42,621 bases of DNA, taken from positions 1 to 42,621 of the forward strand of contig JAGBWW010000066.1 in NCBI GenBank assembly GCA_017629595.1. The letters are read 5' to 3'. The notes beneath the pieces are model-generated. The model did no database searches. It had not been told where the DNA came from and was given only the letters and a program-made list of their open reading frames with translations. Both the position numbers and the translations under genes were made by a program. Source of the DNA: Clostridia bacterium. GTDB taxonomy: Bacteria > Bacillota > Clostridia > Christensenellales > CAG-314. Within the stretch, counting starts at the first letter, position 1; each line of letters begins with the position of its first letter. Shown here one piece after another: positions 9,477-18,789 of the stretch.

Positions 9477-10898
9477 ATGTATTTGGATCAACTGTTGGCA
9501 GGACTTCCTTATGAAATTCGGGGCAACGATGAAATTGAAATAACTTCCCTTTGTTGCAACACGGCTTGTGTCAAACAAAACTCAATGTTCTTTTGTCTAA
9601 AAGGGGAAGTGGACGGTCACGATTTTGCCAAAAAAGCCGTCTATGACGGAGCAATTTGTTTGGTCGTATCACGTTGGCTGGACGTTAATGCGACGCAAAT
9701 TTTGGTGCAAGACACACGGCGTTTTATGTCGTTGGTTGCAAAAAACTTTTACAACTCGGCTTGTGACGGTTTGAAAATCGTAGCAATCGTCGGCACAAAC
9801 GGAAAGACGAGTTGCAGTTATATTTTAGACGCAATTTTTTCTTGCGCAGGGTATTCCACGGGGGTAATAGGCACAAATGGAATTGTTTTTAACGGTAAAA
9901 AATATAATTCTTCCCTTACCACTCCCGACCCAATAGATTTGCATTTTTGGCTGGAAAAAATGTATCAAAGTGGCGTAAAAGTGGTGTTTTTGGAGATGTC
10001 GGCACACGCTTTGCACTTTGACAAACACCTTGGTTTGACTTTTGCTTGTACGTTGTTTACCAACTTTACCCAAGACCATTTGGACTTTTTCGGCTCAATG
10101 CAAAAGTATGCCAAGGCAAAACTTAAAGCGTTTACTCATTGCACTCAAAATGCAGTAATAAACGGAGACGACCAACTTTCAAGTGAAATCTTGAAAATTT
10201 TCCCCAACGCAGTCACCTTTGGCAAAAGTGGTGACTGCACTTTCAAAGACGTAACGCTGTTTGATAGTGGGCTTAAATTTTCTTGGACGATGTTGGACGA
10301 GGAGTTTGAGCAAACAAGCAGTTTAAGTGGCTTGTTCAACGTGTACAACTGTCTTGGGTGTATGGTTGTGGCAAGGCTCTTTGGTATATCCAGTCAAACG
10401 ATAAAAGAGGGTGTTGAAAAAATAGACGGCATTGAAGGAAGAAATCAAACTTTTACCACCGTTGGTGGCGTGAGGGTGGTGGTAGACTTTGCCCACACCC
10501 CAGACGGAATTGAGTACATATTGCGATATCTAAAAGAAACAACCAAAGGTAGCCTTTTCGTTGTGTTTGGTTGTGGTGGAAACAGTGACAGTTTCAAACG
10601 GCCTTTGATGGGCGCAATTGTTTGTAAATATTGCGATTGGGCAACAATTACAAACGACAACCCACGCTTTGAAGACCCAATGTCTATTGCCAAAGATATC
10701 CAAAAGGGTATGAACAATCGCCACGACGTCATATTGGATAGGGTTGAAGCCATAAAAAGTGCATTGAAAAAGGCTCAAAAGGGAGATACCGTCGTCCTTT
10801 TGGGCAAAGGTGCAGAAAGTTTTCAGGAGGTAAAAGGTATCAAACGTCCATATTCAGATTTGGATACTGTTTGTGGCTTGTTGTATGATGCCGAATAA
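9477..10898 (+). CDS. murE: UDP-MurNAc-dipeptide:meso-DAP ligase MurE
   Basis: GTNGKTS, TTPDP, EMSAH, TNFTQDHLDF, DFAHTPD, FGCGG, DNPR (meso-DAP signature), GKG; GGAG RBS favours ATG 9477. Confidence 0.96.
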   Translation: MYLDQLLAGLPYEIRGNDEIEITSLCCNTACVKQNSMFFCLKGEVDGHDFAKKAVYDGAICLVVSRWLDVNATQILVQDTRRFMSLVAKNFYNSACDGLKIVAIVGTNGKTSCSYILDAIFSCAGYSTGVIGTNGIVFNGKKYNSSLTTPDPIDLHFWLEKMYQSGVKVVFLEMSAHALHFDKHLGLTFACTLFTNFTQDHLDFFGSMQKYAKAKLKAFTHCTQNAVINGDDQLSSEILKIFPNAVTFGKSGDCTFKDVTLFDSGLKFSWTMLDEEFEQTSSLSGLFNVYNCLGCMVVARLFGISSQTIKEGVEKIDGIEGRNQTFTTVGGVRVVVDFAHTPDGIEYILRYLKETTKGSLFVVFGCGGNSDSFKRPLMGAIVCKYCDWATITNDNPRFEDPMSIAKDIQKGMNNRHDVILDRVEAIKSALKKAQKGDTVVLLGKGAESFQEVKGIKRPYSDLDTVCGLLYDAE

Positions 10899-10901
10899 AA
10901 G

Positions 10902-11894
10902 GTGACTTACTTATATTGTTTTTTGATATCGCTCGTTTTGGGATTGATTTTTTGCGCTCTTTTGGTGCCGTATCTAAAAAAAATAAAGGCAGGGCAAAGT
11001 ATATTGAGTTACGTGGTGGAGCATTCTTCAAAGCAAGGAACTCCAACAATGGGTGGTATTGCCTTTTTGCTTTCTATGACGTTGGCACTTTGTTTGTGCC
11101 AAAAAGATTGGCAACAAACCACCTTGACGGCAGTCTTTGTTGTACTTGCCTTTGGCGTTGTGGGTTTTTTGGACGATTTTATCAAACTCAAATACAAACG
11201 TAACGAAGGGCTTAAAGCATATCAAAAAATAATTTTTCAACTTGCAATTGCCGTTGGTGTTGCCCTTTACGTTTACTTAAATCCCATCACAAATCAAATT
11301 AAAATTCCGTTTTTTGGCAACTTTGACGTTAATTGGTGGGTTATTCCCTTGGTTATTTTCGTGTTTTTGGCAACGACCAACGGCGTAAATTTAACCGACG
11401 GATTGGACGGTTTGGCAACGACAACAACCTTCGTTTATTTAGTTGGCATGGCAGTTTTGTTGGGTGTGGAAAGCAACAAATTGCAAAATTTTGGCGAAAC
11501 TCTTTCCGCAACGGCAACAAGTCAACTTTGTTCGCTTTGTTGTGTAGGCGCAGGCAGTTTGTTGGCGTTTTTGCCTTTTAACGCTTTTCCTGCCAAGGTA
11601 TTTATGGGAGACGTTGGTTCTCTTGGTTTGGGAGCATTGGTGGCTTGTGTATCCACCTTTTCGGGATACACTTTGTATATTCCCATTTTGGGAATTATGT
11701 ACGTCGTTTCTTGTTTGTCAGTCATTTTGCAAGTTGCATATTTCAAAGTGACAAATGGTAAACGTATATTTTTGATGGCACCTTTTCATCATCATTTGCA
11801 ACACAAAGGGTGGAGCGAAACACGAATTGCAACCGTCTATTGTCTTGTAACGATTTTTATGTTTTTGGTGCTTTTGTGGGAGGTATTTATATGA
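10902..11894 (+). CDS. mraY: Phospho-MurNAc-pentapeptide transferase MraY
   Basis: KQGTPTMGG, GFLDD, NLTDGLDGL, PAKVFMGDVGS, FLMAPFHHH. Confidence 0.97.
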   Translation: MTYLYCFLISLVLGLIFCALLVPYLKKIKAGQSILSYVVEHSSKQGTPTMGGIAFLLSMTLALCLCQKDWQQTTLTAVFVVLAFGVVGFLDDFIKLKYKRNEGLKAYQKIIFQLAIAVGVALYVYLNPITNQIKIPFFGNFDVNWWVIPLVIFVFLATTNGVNLTDGLDGLATTTTFVYLVGMAVLLGVESNKLQNFGETLSATATSQLCSLCCVGAGSLLAFLPFNAFPAKVFMGDVGSLGLGALVACVSTFSGYTLYIPILGIMYVVSCLSVILQVAYFKVTNGKRIFLMAPFHHHLQHKGWSETRIATVYCLVTIFMFLVLLWEVFI

Positions 11895-13159
11895 AAATTC
11901 TAATTTTAGGTAACGGCAAAACGGGAAAATCACTAAAAGGTTGGTTTGAAAAACAAAATTGTACGGTAAAGATTTTTGACGATGACCAGAGCATAAGCCA
12001 AGTGAACTTTGTTGAAGCCGTAGAGTTTTGCCCCGACCGAGTGGTGCTTTCTCCGTCTTTCAAAAAAAGTCATCCGCTTGTGCAGAAACTTAGGCAAACG
12101 TCCGTCGTTCTTTCTCAACTTGACATGTTTGGCAGTTTGCCAATGGTGTCCATAACGGGTACAAACGGAAAAACGACGGTTGTGAGTTTGTGCAATTACA
12201 TATTGACTAACTGCAACAAAAAGTGCTTTGCAGTGGGAAACTTTGGGTTGCCTATTTCCGAAGTGTTGGAAAAACCCTTTGATTGGCTAATTTGTGAAAC
12301 TTCATCTTTTATGTTGGAACAATCTTTTACGCCGTTTGCTCCAAACGTATCAGTTTTGACAAACTTTGATCAAGACCATTTGGATTTTCACGGTTCTTTG
12401 GGACAATACGCATTGGCAAAAAGTTTGAATTTTATCAATCAAAGAGAAGACCAAGTTGCCATTTTCAACGGAGACGATCCATATTTTGATTATTTTTCCA
12501 AACAATGTTGCTCAAAGAAACTTGTAGTCTCTACCAAGAGAAATGCAAATTGTTGTTTGGATGGCAAGGTGGTGTGTTTTGATTTCAACAATATTCGTCA
12601 AACGGCAATTTGTCACTGGTTTGACAATTTGGAAAAGCACGATCAAACAAACTATTTGCTCAGTTTTGCAGTTTGCGTCTTGCTTGGTGCAACGTTGGAA
12701 GAGTGCATAAAGTATGCCGAAACCTTTTCAAAACCCAATCACAGATTGAAAAAGGTGGTTACTATTGACAACGTAACCTTTATCAACGACAGCAAGGCGA
12801 CCAACGTACACGCAACCTTGGCTGCGCTTAAATCTGTGGGTGGAAAGGTGTTTTTGATTGTGGGTGGAAGTGACAAAGGAGAAGATTTTTCTCGCCTATT
12901 TCCGCACGTTAAAAACGTTGTGGTGTGCGCCATTGGACAAACTGCAAATAAGATTGCCAACACAGGCAAAAAGTATCAAAAGGAAGTCATTTGTTGTCAA
13001 ACGCTTGACCAAGCAGTGCATTTAGGTTGGTCGGTCTTGAATAGTTTTGGTGGTGGAACGGTGCTTCTTTCCCCTGCCTCGGCAAGTTTTGATATGTTTG
13101 ATAGCTATGCTCAAAGGGGAGAAAAATTTGAAGAAATTTGCAAAAATATCTCAAAATAA
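11891..13159 (+). CDS. murD: UDP-MurNAc-L-Ala:D-Glu ligase MurD
   Basis: GGAGGT RBS and ATGA overlap give start 11891; GNGKTG, TGTNGKTT, ETSSF, DHLDFH, NDSKATN, LLSPASASFD. Confidence 0.95.
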   Translation: MKILILGNGKTGKSLKGWFEKQNCTVKIFDDDQSISQVNFVEAVEFCPDRVVLSPSFKKSHPLVQKLRQTSVVLSQLDMFGSLPMVSITGTNGKTTVVSLCNYILTNCNKKCFAVGNFGLPISEVLEKPFDWLICETSSFMLEQSFTPFAPNVSVLTNFDQDHLDFHGSLGQYALAKSLNFINQREDQVAIFNGDDPYFDYFSKQCCSKKLVVSTKRNANCCLDGKVVCFDFNNIRQTAICHWFDNLEKHDQTNYLLSFAVCVLLGATLEECIKYAETFSKPNHRLKKVVTIDNVTFINDSKATNVHATLAALKSVGGKVFLIVGGSDKGEDFSRLFPHVKNVVVCAIGQTANKIANTGKKYQKEVICCQTLDQAVHLGWSVLNSFGGGTVLLSPASASFDMFDSYAQRGEKFEEICKNISK

Positions 13160-14249
13160 CGAGTATTTGTTGCTTATTGTGACCATTTTGCTTGTCTCAA
13201 TTGGCTTGGTGTTTGTCTATTCGGCAAGTTTTTACACGGCAGAAGTGGAAGCGGGAAACAAGTATTATTACTTAATCAAGCAAGGCGTTGGCGCATTGGT
13301 GGGCATGGTTGCTTTGGTTTCGGCAAGTTTAATTGACGTAAATTTATTTAAAAAATTTCACTTGCCACTTGCAATCGTCTCCTTGATATTTTTGGCATTG
13401 GTCTTCGTCCCTGGATTGGGCATAAGCAAATATGGCGCAACTCGTTGGATTGGCTTTGGTGGATTTTCCTTTCAGCCGTCGGAAATTTGCAAATTTGCCC
13501 TTGTTTTGGTGGGAGCGCACTCTTTTGGAGATGAAAAGGTTAAAAAAACATTTTTCAAATATGCAAAGGTGATTTTCTTTGGTTTGGCATATTGTGTGTT
13601 GATAATTTTAGAGCCAAATATGTCGGTCACCGTTTGCGTGGGACTTTTACTTTTGGCTTTGCTCTTTTTGGGCGGTATGAAAATAAAGACGTTTTTGCTT
13701 TTTTTGTTGCCTTTTGCAATAGCCTTGCCCCTTTTGATTGTGCTTGAACCATATCGTATGTTGCGACTGATGGCGTTTTTAGATCCGTGGGCATCGCCAA
13801 AAAACGAAGGGTATCAACTAATCCAGTCCTTGTATGCTTTGGGAAGTGGCGGACTGTTTGGCGTTGGCTTGTTTTGTGGTAGGCAAAAATATCGTTTTTT
13901 ACCATTTGCCGAAAGTGACTTTGTGTTTTCCGTCATCGGTGAAGAAACGGGACTTTTTGGGTGTCTATTTGTGTTTTTGTTGTTTGCTCTTTACGTCTAT
14001 TGTGGTGTAAAAATTGCCGTAAACGCAAAGGATAAGTTTTGCTCACTTCTAGCAGGTGGAATAACAAGTGTCGTGGCAATTCAGTCTTTGATAAATTTTG
14101 CCGTCGTCACAGGCAGTATTCCACCAACGGGCTTGCCCTTACCATTTATCAGTTATGGTGGCACGTCATTGGTGGTTTTTATGACGGCTACGGGAATTCT
14201 TTTGGGAATATCACGAAAAAACAATATCAACAATCTTGACATATTGTAA
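13128..14249 (+). CDS. ftsW: SEDS glycosyltransferase FtsW/SpoVE
   Basis: GATRWI, FQPSE, GYQLIQS, ESDFVF, GEETG, TGLPLPFISYGGTS; GGGGAG RBS favours TTG 13128. Confidence 0.94.
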   Translation: MKKFAKISQNNEYLLLIVTILLVSIGLVFVYSASFYTAEVEAGNKYYYLIKQGVGALVGMVALVSASLIDVNLFKKFHLPLAIVSLIFLALVFVPGLGISKYGATRWIGFGGFSFQPSEICKFALVLVGAHSFGDEKVKKTFFKYAKVIFFGLAYCVLIILEPNMSVTVCVGLLLLALLFLGGMKIKTFLLFLLPFAIALPLLIVLEPYRMLRLMAFLDPWASPKNEGYQLIQSLYALGSGGLFGVGLFCGRQKYRFLPFAESDFVFSVIGEETGLFGCLFVFLLFALYVYCGVKIAVNAKDKFCSLLAGGITSVVAIQSLINFAVVTGSIPPTGLPLPFISYGGTSLVVFMTATGILLGISRKNNINNLDIL

Positions 14250-14261
14250 AAGGGGAAGGTA

Positions 14262-15509
14262 ATGTATTATCAAATTAACGGTGGTAAAAAACTTTTTGGC
14301 GAAGTGGAAATTGGTGGTGCAAAAAACTGCTTGTTGCCGTTAATTGCTTCGTCGGTTGCCATTGACGGAATTTCCGAAATTGATAAATGTCCACCTATGA
14401 CGGACGTTTTGAATATGATTGAACTTTTGCGACGTCTGGGAGCAAAAGTAGAATATGGCGAAAATCGCGTTCAAATTGATTCGCGAACAATCAACTGTGT
14501 GCAAGTTGATGAAAATTTAAGCAAAAAACTGCGAGGATCGGTTTTATTGTTGGGAGCGTTGCTGGCTCGTTTTAAAAGGGCAGTCGTGCCACTTTCGGGT
14601 GGGTGCGCCATTGGAAAACGTCCCATTGACATACATATTTCAGCACTTAAAAGATTGGGCGTTACCGTTGAAGAGGAAAATGAAAAACTTTATTGTGATG
14701 CCACCAATTCCAAAGGCAACTACGTAAGGCTAACCTATCCAAGCGTGGGCGCAAGTGAAAACTTGATAACTTTTGCCTCTTTGACAAAAGGAACGACCGT
14801 TTTAGACAACGTTGCAATGGAACCGGAAGTGGTTGCATTGGAAAAGTTTTTGGTTTTGGCAGGAGCAAAAATTAGTGGTGTGGGCAGTTCAAGATTGGAA
14901 ATTTGTGGTGTGGAAAAACTTAATTCAATTTTCTTTTCGCCCATACCGGATAGAATTGAAACGGCAACCTATTTGACGGCATGTTTGATGACGCAAGGAA
15001 AAATCACTTTGCGCAACACTTGTCCTTTACACGTTAAGTGTCTTATTGACCTTTTACCTTTTGACGTGGTTACTTGTTGCGACGATTGTATCTGTGTTCA
15101 AACCCAAAGAAAAATTGAAAGTTTTGGCAAGATTGTTACCGGCCCTTATCCAATGTTTGCCACCGACATGCAATCGCTTGTTTTGTCGCTTTCAACCGTT
15201 GCTATGGGGCAAACGCTGATTTTTGAAAAAGTATTTGAAAATCGCTTTTCTAACTGTCAAGAATTAGTCAAAATGGGTGCGAAAATTGACCTTTTTGACG
15301 ATTGCGCCACAATTTTTGGCGTTGACCAACTTTGTGGTGCCGACGTAAAATGTAGTGATTTACGCTCGGGTGCAGGGCTTGTTTTGGCAGGGTTAAACGC
15401 CAAAGGAACAACGCGAATTTTTGACGTTTTTCACATTTTGCGAGGGTATTGCGACTTGGCAAAAAACCTTAACAATTTGGGTTCTGAAATATTTGAAATA
15501 AAGGAGTAA
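14262..15509 (+). CDS. murA: UDP-GlcNAc 1-carboxyvinyltransferase MurA
   Basis: GAKN, GGCAIGKRP (active-site Cys retained), SVGASEN, DRIE, FENRF, DLRSGA. Confidence 0.96.
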   Translation: MYYQINGGKKLFGEVEIGGAKNCLLPLIASSVAIDGISEIDKCPPMTDVLNMIELLRRLGAKVEYGENRVQIDSRTINCVQVDENLSKKLRGSVLLLGALLARFKRAVVPLSGGCAIGKRPIDIHISALKRLGVTVEEENEKLYCDATNSKGNYVRLTYPSVGASENLITFASLTKGTTVLDNVAMEPEVVALEKFLVLAGAKISGVGSSRLEICGVEKLNSIFFSPIPDRIETATYLTACLMTQGKITLRNTCPLHVKCLIDLLPFDVVTCCDDCICVQTQRKIESFGKIVTGPYPMFATDMQSLVLSLSTVAMGQTLIFEKVFENRFSNCQELVKMGAKIDLFDDCATIFGVDQLCGADVKCSDLRSGAGLVLAGLNAKGTTRIFDVFHILRGYCDLAKNLNNLGSEIFEIKE

Positions 15510-15512
15510 TTT

Positions 15513-15546
15513 TGTGGTTGCAACAACTTGTTGCAACCATATTTTT
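15513..15546 (+). terminator. Terminator-like hairpin after murA
   Basis: TGGTTGCAACAA-c-TTGTTGCAACCA followed by TATTTTT. Confidence 0.75.
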
Positions 15547-15589
15547 GTACAAAAATTAGTGATTTTTTAACTCTATATCTGTCTATATA

Positions 15590-15618
15590 TTGACTAAATT
15601 AGTTAAATATTATATAAT
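15590..15618 (+). promoter_or_regulatory. sigmaA promoter for ftsQ-ftsA-ftsZ-asnS
   Basis: TTGACT (15590-15595), 17 nt, TATAAT (15613-15618). Confidence 0.75.
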
Positions 15619-15649
15619 TAACGCAAATTATAACCTATTTGGACTTAAT

Positions 15650-16435
15650 ATGAAAAACAAGAAGTTATTGATAGTTTGCATAGTATTGGCTACGCTGGTG
15701 GCAATCGTTGTTTTGATGTCTGCATTGACGTCTTTGTCGCAATGCGCCGTTCTTTTGTACGACGAATCGGGTGTGCAAATTGCAGGTGACGACACATTGC
15801 CCAAAGCAGAAGATATTTTGGCAAAATACAAGGGCAAAAACGTCGTTTTTTTGGACAAGCAAGAAGTGTTGGATCAACTCAATTTAGCCTATCCCACTTG
15901 GCACTTTATTGACGTTGTAAAACAATTTCCCAACAAAATTGACGTTTGTGTCACAAAGCGTTTGCCCTTATTCGTTTTCAGCCTTTCCAATAAAACCTAC
16001 TATTTGGACTCCAAAGGTTACGTTGTGGACGAAGAAAGTGCACAAGGTCACACACTCATCAGTTTGGACAACGTTTTTGGTGGCAGTGTAACCAAAGCAC
16101 AAGTAGGCTTGTACATTGATTTTTCTTTGACGGCTGACGATGCAAAATTGACTTACGTTTTGCAAACGGTTTCCACGGTTTGGAGATTGTATTACGACGT
16201 AAGTGAAATAAGTCAACTTGTAAAAGGTTTCCAATTCACAACGGAAAACGGTCAATACAAAATGACAATCATCACAAATGCACAAGCAAAGTTGGTTGTC
16301 ATCTCCCCCGACGAAGACTTGGAAGAAAGAATTTTGAAGGTAGTAAGCGTATATAACAACCCCGAAAAAGATTTTCAAAATTCCAGCACAATCATTACCG
16401 TGGATCAACACGGCAACGTAAAAAGCAACAACTAA
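15650..16435 (+). CDS. ftsQ: Cell division protein FtsQ/DivIB-like
   Basis: Basic N-terminus, one TM, POTRA-like segment ending KQFPNKIDVCVTKRLP, YYLDSKGYV; position before ftsA; start moved to ATG 15650 downstream of the promoter. Confidence 0.75.
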   Translation: MKNKKLLIVCIVLATLVAIVVLMSALTSLSQCAVLLYDESGVQIAGDDTLPKAEDILAKYKGKNVVFLDKQEVLDQLNLAYPTWHFIDVVKQFPNKIDVCVTKRLPLFVFSLSNKTYYLDSKGYVVDEESAQGHTLISLDNVFGGSVTKAQVGLYIDFSLTADDAKLTYVLQTVSTVWRLYYDVSEISQLVKGFQFTTENGQYKMTIITNAQAKLVVISPDEDLEERILKVVSVYNNPEKDFQNSSTIITVDQHGNVKSNN

Positions 16436-16444
16436 GGATTAAAT

Positions 16445-17596
16445 ATGCTATTTAGATCAAAAGAAAAAAGCAAAGAAGTTGCAATATTGGACATTGGCTC
16501 ACGCAAGATAACCTGCATGGTTGCAGAACGTGGTTTTGATGGCGATTTCGTTATCAAAGCAAGTGGTCAAAGTTTGTACAACGGTTTTAGAAACGGCGAG
16601 TTTTTTGAACCGGACAAACTTTCCGACTGCATTTCTTTTGCCATAAAACAAGCACAAGAAAAACTTGGCAAAGCAATCAAGTCTTTGTGTGTTGGTGTTC
16701 CAGGAGAGTTTTGTGTTGTTGCAACAAGTGAGGCATCAACCACTTTTCACTCTAAAAAACGCATTGAAGACCACGATTTGAAAGAACTTGCAACAAAAGC
16801 AAACGTTTTCAAAAACGTTGGCAATAGCAAAAACGTGGAAGTAAGCCCAATTTATTTCGTTGTGGACAACGTTTCCAAAACGTACGAACCAGTAGGCGTT
16901 GTTGCAAACAAAATTTCAGGCTTGTATTCCTTTACCTTTGCCGATAAATATTTTCTTAAAAAGGTAGAAAACAGTTTGAAACAAGCAGGAGTGTACGATT
17001 ACTCTTTTGTAAACGGATGCTCTGCCGAAGCCACTTATTTGGCAAGTGCTTTTAACAAGCAAAACAAGTGCATTTTGTTTGACGTTGGTCACATTTCCAC
17101 AAACGTGATGGTTTCCGAAGGGGAAGGTTTGGTTTTTCAATACACATTTTCCTTGGGCAGTGGATATATTGCAGGCGACTTGTGTCAATTGCTAAATATT
17201 TCCTTTGATAGAGCTATGCAACTTTTGAACAAAGTTAATCTCAATTTGGAATTTGCCGAAAACGACAACTATACCTTGTCCGACGGTGTGATGGTACAAG
17301 CCGAATTGTCCAACAAAGTGGTAAAAGCACGTATTGAACAATTTGCCGAATACATCAAAAAGTCTTTTGCATATTGCGACAAACCCATTGACAGCAACAT
17401 TGCACTTTTGTTGACGGGTGGAGGACTAAGTTATATCAAAGGCGCAGACGAATATCTTTCTGCGTGTTTGGGCAAAACGGTAACGTTGGTAGAAAATTCT
17501 AATCCCCAACACAACAAAAACGAATATTCATCAAGTTATGGTTTGATAGAAAAAGCATTCAAAAAACCTGTGAAAAGAGGTTTTTGGAGGAAGTAA
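16445..17596 (+). CDS. ftsA: Cell division protein FtsA (divergent)
   Basis: ILDIGSRK, DVG, LTGGG actin-fold motifs, C-terminal amphipathic KRGFWRK, directly upstream of ftsZ. Confidence 0.85.
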   Translation: MLFRSKEKSKEVAILDIGSRKITCMVAERGFDGDFVIKASGQSLYNGFRNGEFFEPDKLSDCISFAIKQAQEKLGKAIKSLCVGVPGEFCVVATSEASTTFHSKKRIEDHDLKELATKANVFKNVGNSKNVEVSPIYFVVDNVSKTYEPVGVVANKISGLYSFTFADKYFLKKVENSLKQAGVYDYSFVNGCSAEATYLASAFNKQNKCILFDVGHISTNVMVSEGEGLVFQYTFSLGSGYIAGDLCQLLNISFDRAMQLLNKVNLNLEFAENDNYTLSDGVMVQAELSNKVVKARIEQFAEYIKKSFAYCDKPIDSNIALLLTGGGLSYIKGADEYLSACLGKTVTLVENSNPQHNKNEYSSSYGLIEKAFKKPVKRGFWRK

Positions 17597-17599
17597 AAA

Positions 17600-18787
17600 A
17601 TGGATAATATTGCAAAAATAAAGGTAGTAGGCGTAGGTGGTGGCGGTGGAAACGCCGTTGAATCTATGATAAAAGCCGGTATCAAAGACGTTGATTACAT
17701 CGTAATCAACACCGACCAACAAGCGTTGACTCGCATTTCGGCAAAGAAAATGCCCATTGGCACAAACTTGACGAAGGGTTTGGGTGCAGGCACAGATCCC
17801 GAAATCGGCAGACAAGCAGCAGAAGAAAGTCGTGAACAACTCAAAGAAATTTTGGCAGACACAGACATGTTGTTTATTGCAGCAGGTATGGGTGGTGGCA
17901 CAGGCACAGGCGCAGCCCCCGTCGTTGCTTCCATTGCCAAAGAATTGGGCATTTTAACAATTGCAGTCGTCACAAAACCTTTCTTGTTTGAAGGCGCACG
18001 TCGTATGAAAAATGCCGAATTGGGCATCAACAATCTCAAAGACAACGTTGACGCATTGATTATCGTTCAAAACGAAAAACTCAATAAAGACAAAAACTTC
18101 TCCATTTTGGATGCTTTCAAAAAGGCAGACAGCGTCTTGTTGCAAGGCATTGCAGGTATCACCAACATTATCGTCCAAAAAGGCATCATCAATCTTGACC
18201 TTGCCGACGTAAGACGCGTAATGAAAAATTGTGGTATGGCTCACATGGGCATTGGCGAAGGCACGGGCAAAAACCGTATTATTGACGGTATCAGAAAAGC
18301 AGTGTACTCTCCTTTGTTGGAAACGACAATTCAAGGCGCACGTGCAATCATCATTTACATAACTTGCAGTGCAGACACCAAAATGGACGATATCAAAACG
18401 GGTGTTGAACTTGTCGGTCAAGTCATTGATACCGAAGCGGAAATCATCTTTGGTTTTGGCATTGATCCCGAATTGAAAGAAAGCGTAAAGGTCATTTTGA
18501 TTGCAACAGGTTTTACGGGAGAAAAAATTGTTGTTCCTCAACAAAATCAACCTCAACCCTATTTTGGCGATAGCGCACCTCAACAAACACAACAAACAAA
18601 CTTTTGGGATAAACCTCAACAACCCAAAGAAACGATTTTGACACAACTTAAAAGAGAAAACGATGATTTTGACGATCAACCGGTATCTCACGATAAAAAG
18701 CAAAAGGACGACTTGGGTTCGGGCATTCTTCAAGTGGAAGATGACGAATCAATACCTCCTTTCTTGCGTAAAATTAGGAAGGGCTAG
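17600..18787 (+). CDS. ftsZ: Cell division protein FtsZ
   Basis: [37 protein letters not shown]-terminal IPPFLR. Confidence 0.98.
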   Translation: MDNIAKIKVVGVGGGGGNAVESMIKAGIKDVDYIVINTDQQALTRISAKKMPIGTNLTKGLGAGTDPEIGRQAAEESREQLKEILADTDMLFIAAGMGGGTGTGAAPVVASIAKELGILTIAVVTKPFLFEGARRMKNAELGINNLKDNVDALIIVQNEKLNKDKNFSILDAFKKADSVLLQGIAGITNIIVQKGIINLDLADVRRVMKNCGMAHMGIGEGTGKNRIIDGIRKAVYSPLLETTIQGARAIIIYITCSADTKMDDIKTGVELVGQVIDTEAEIIFGFGIDPELKESVKVILIATGFTGEKIVVPQQNQPQPYFGDSAPQQTQQTNFWDKPQQPKETILTQLKRENDDFDDQPVSHDKKQKDDLGSGILQVEDDESIPPFLRKIRKG

Positions 18788-18789
18788 AA

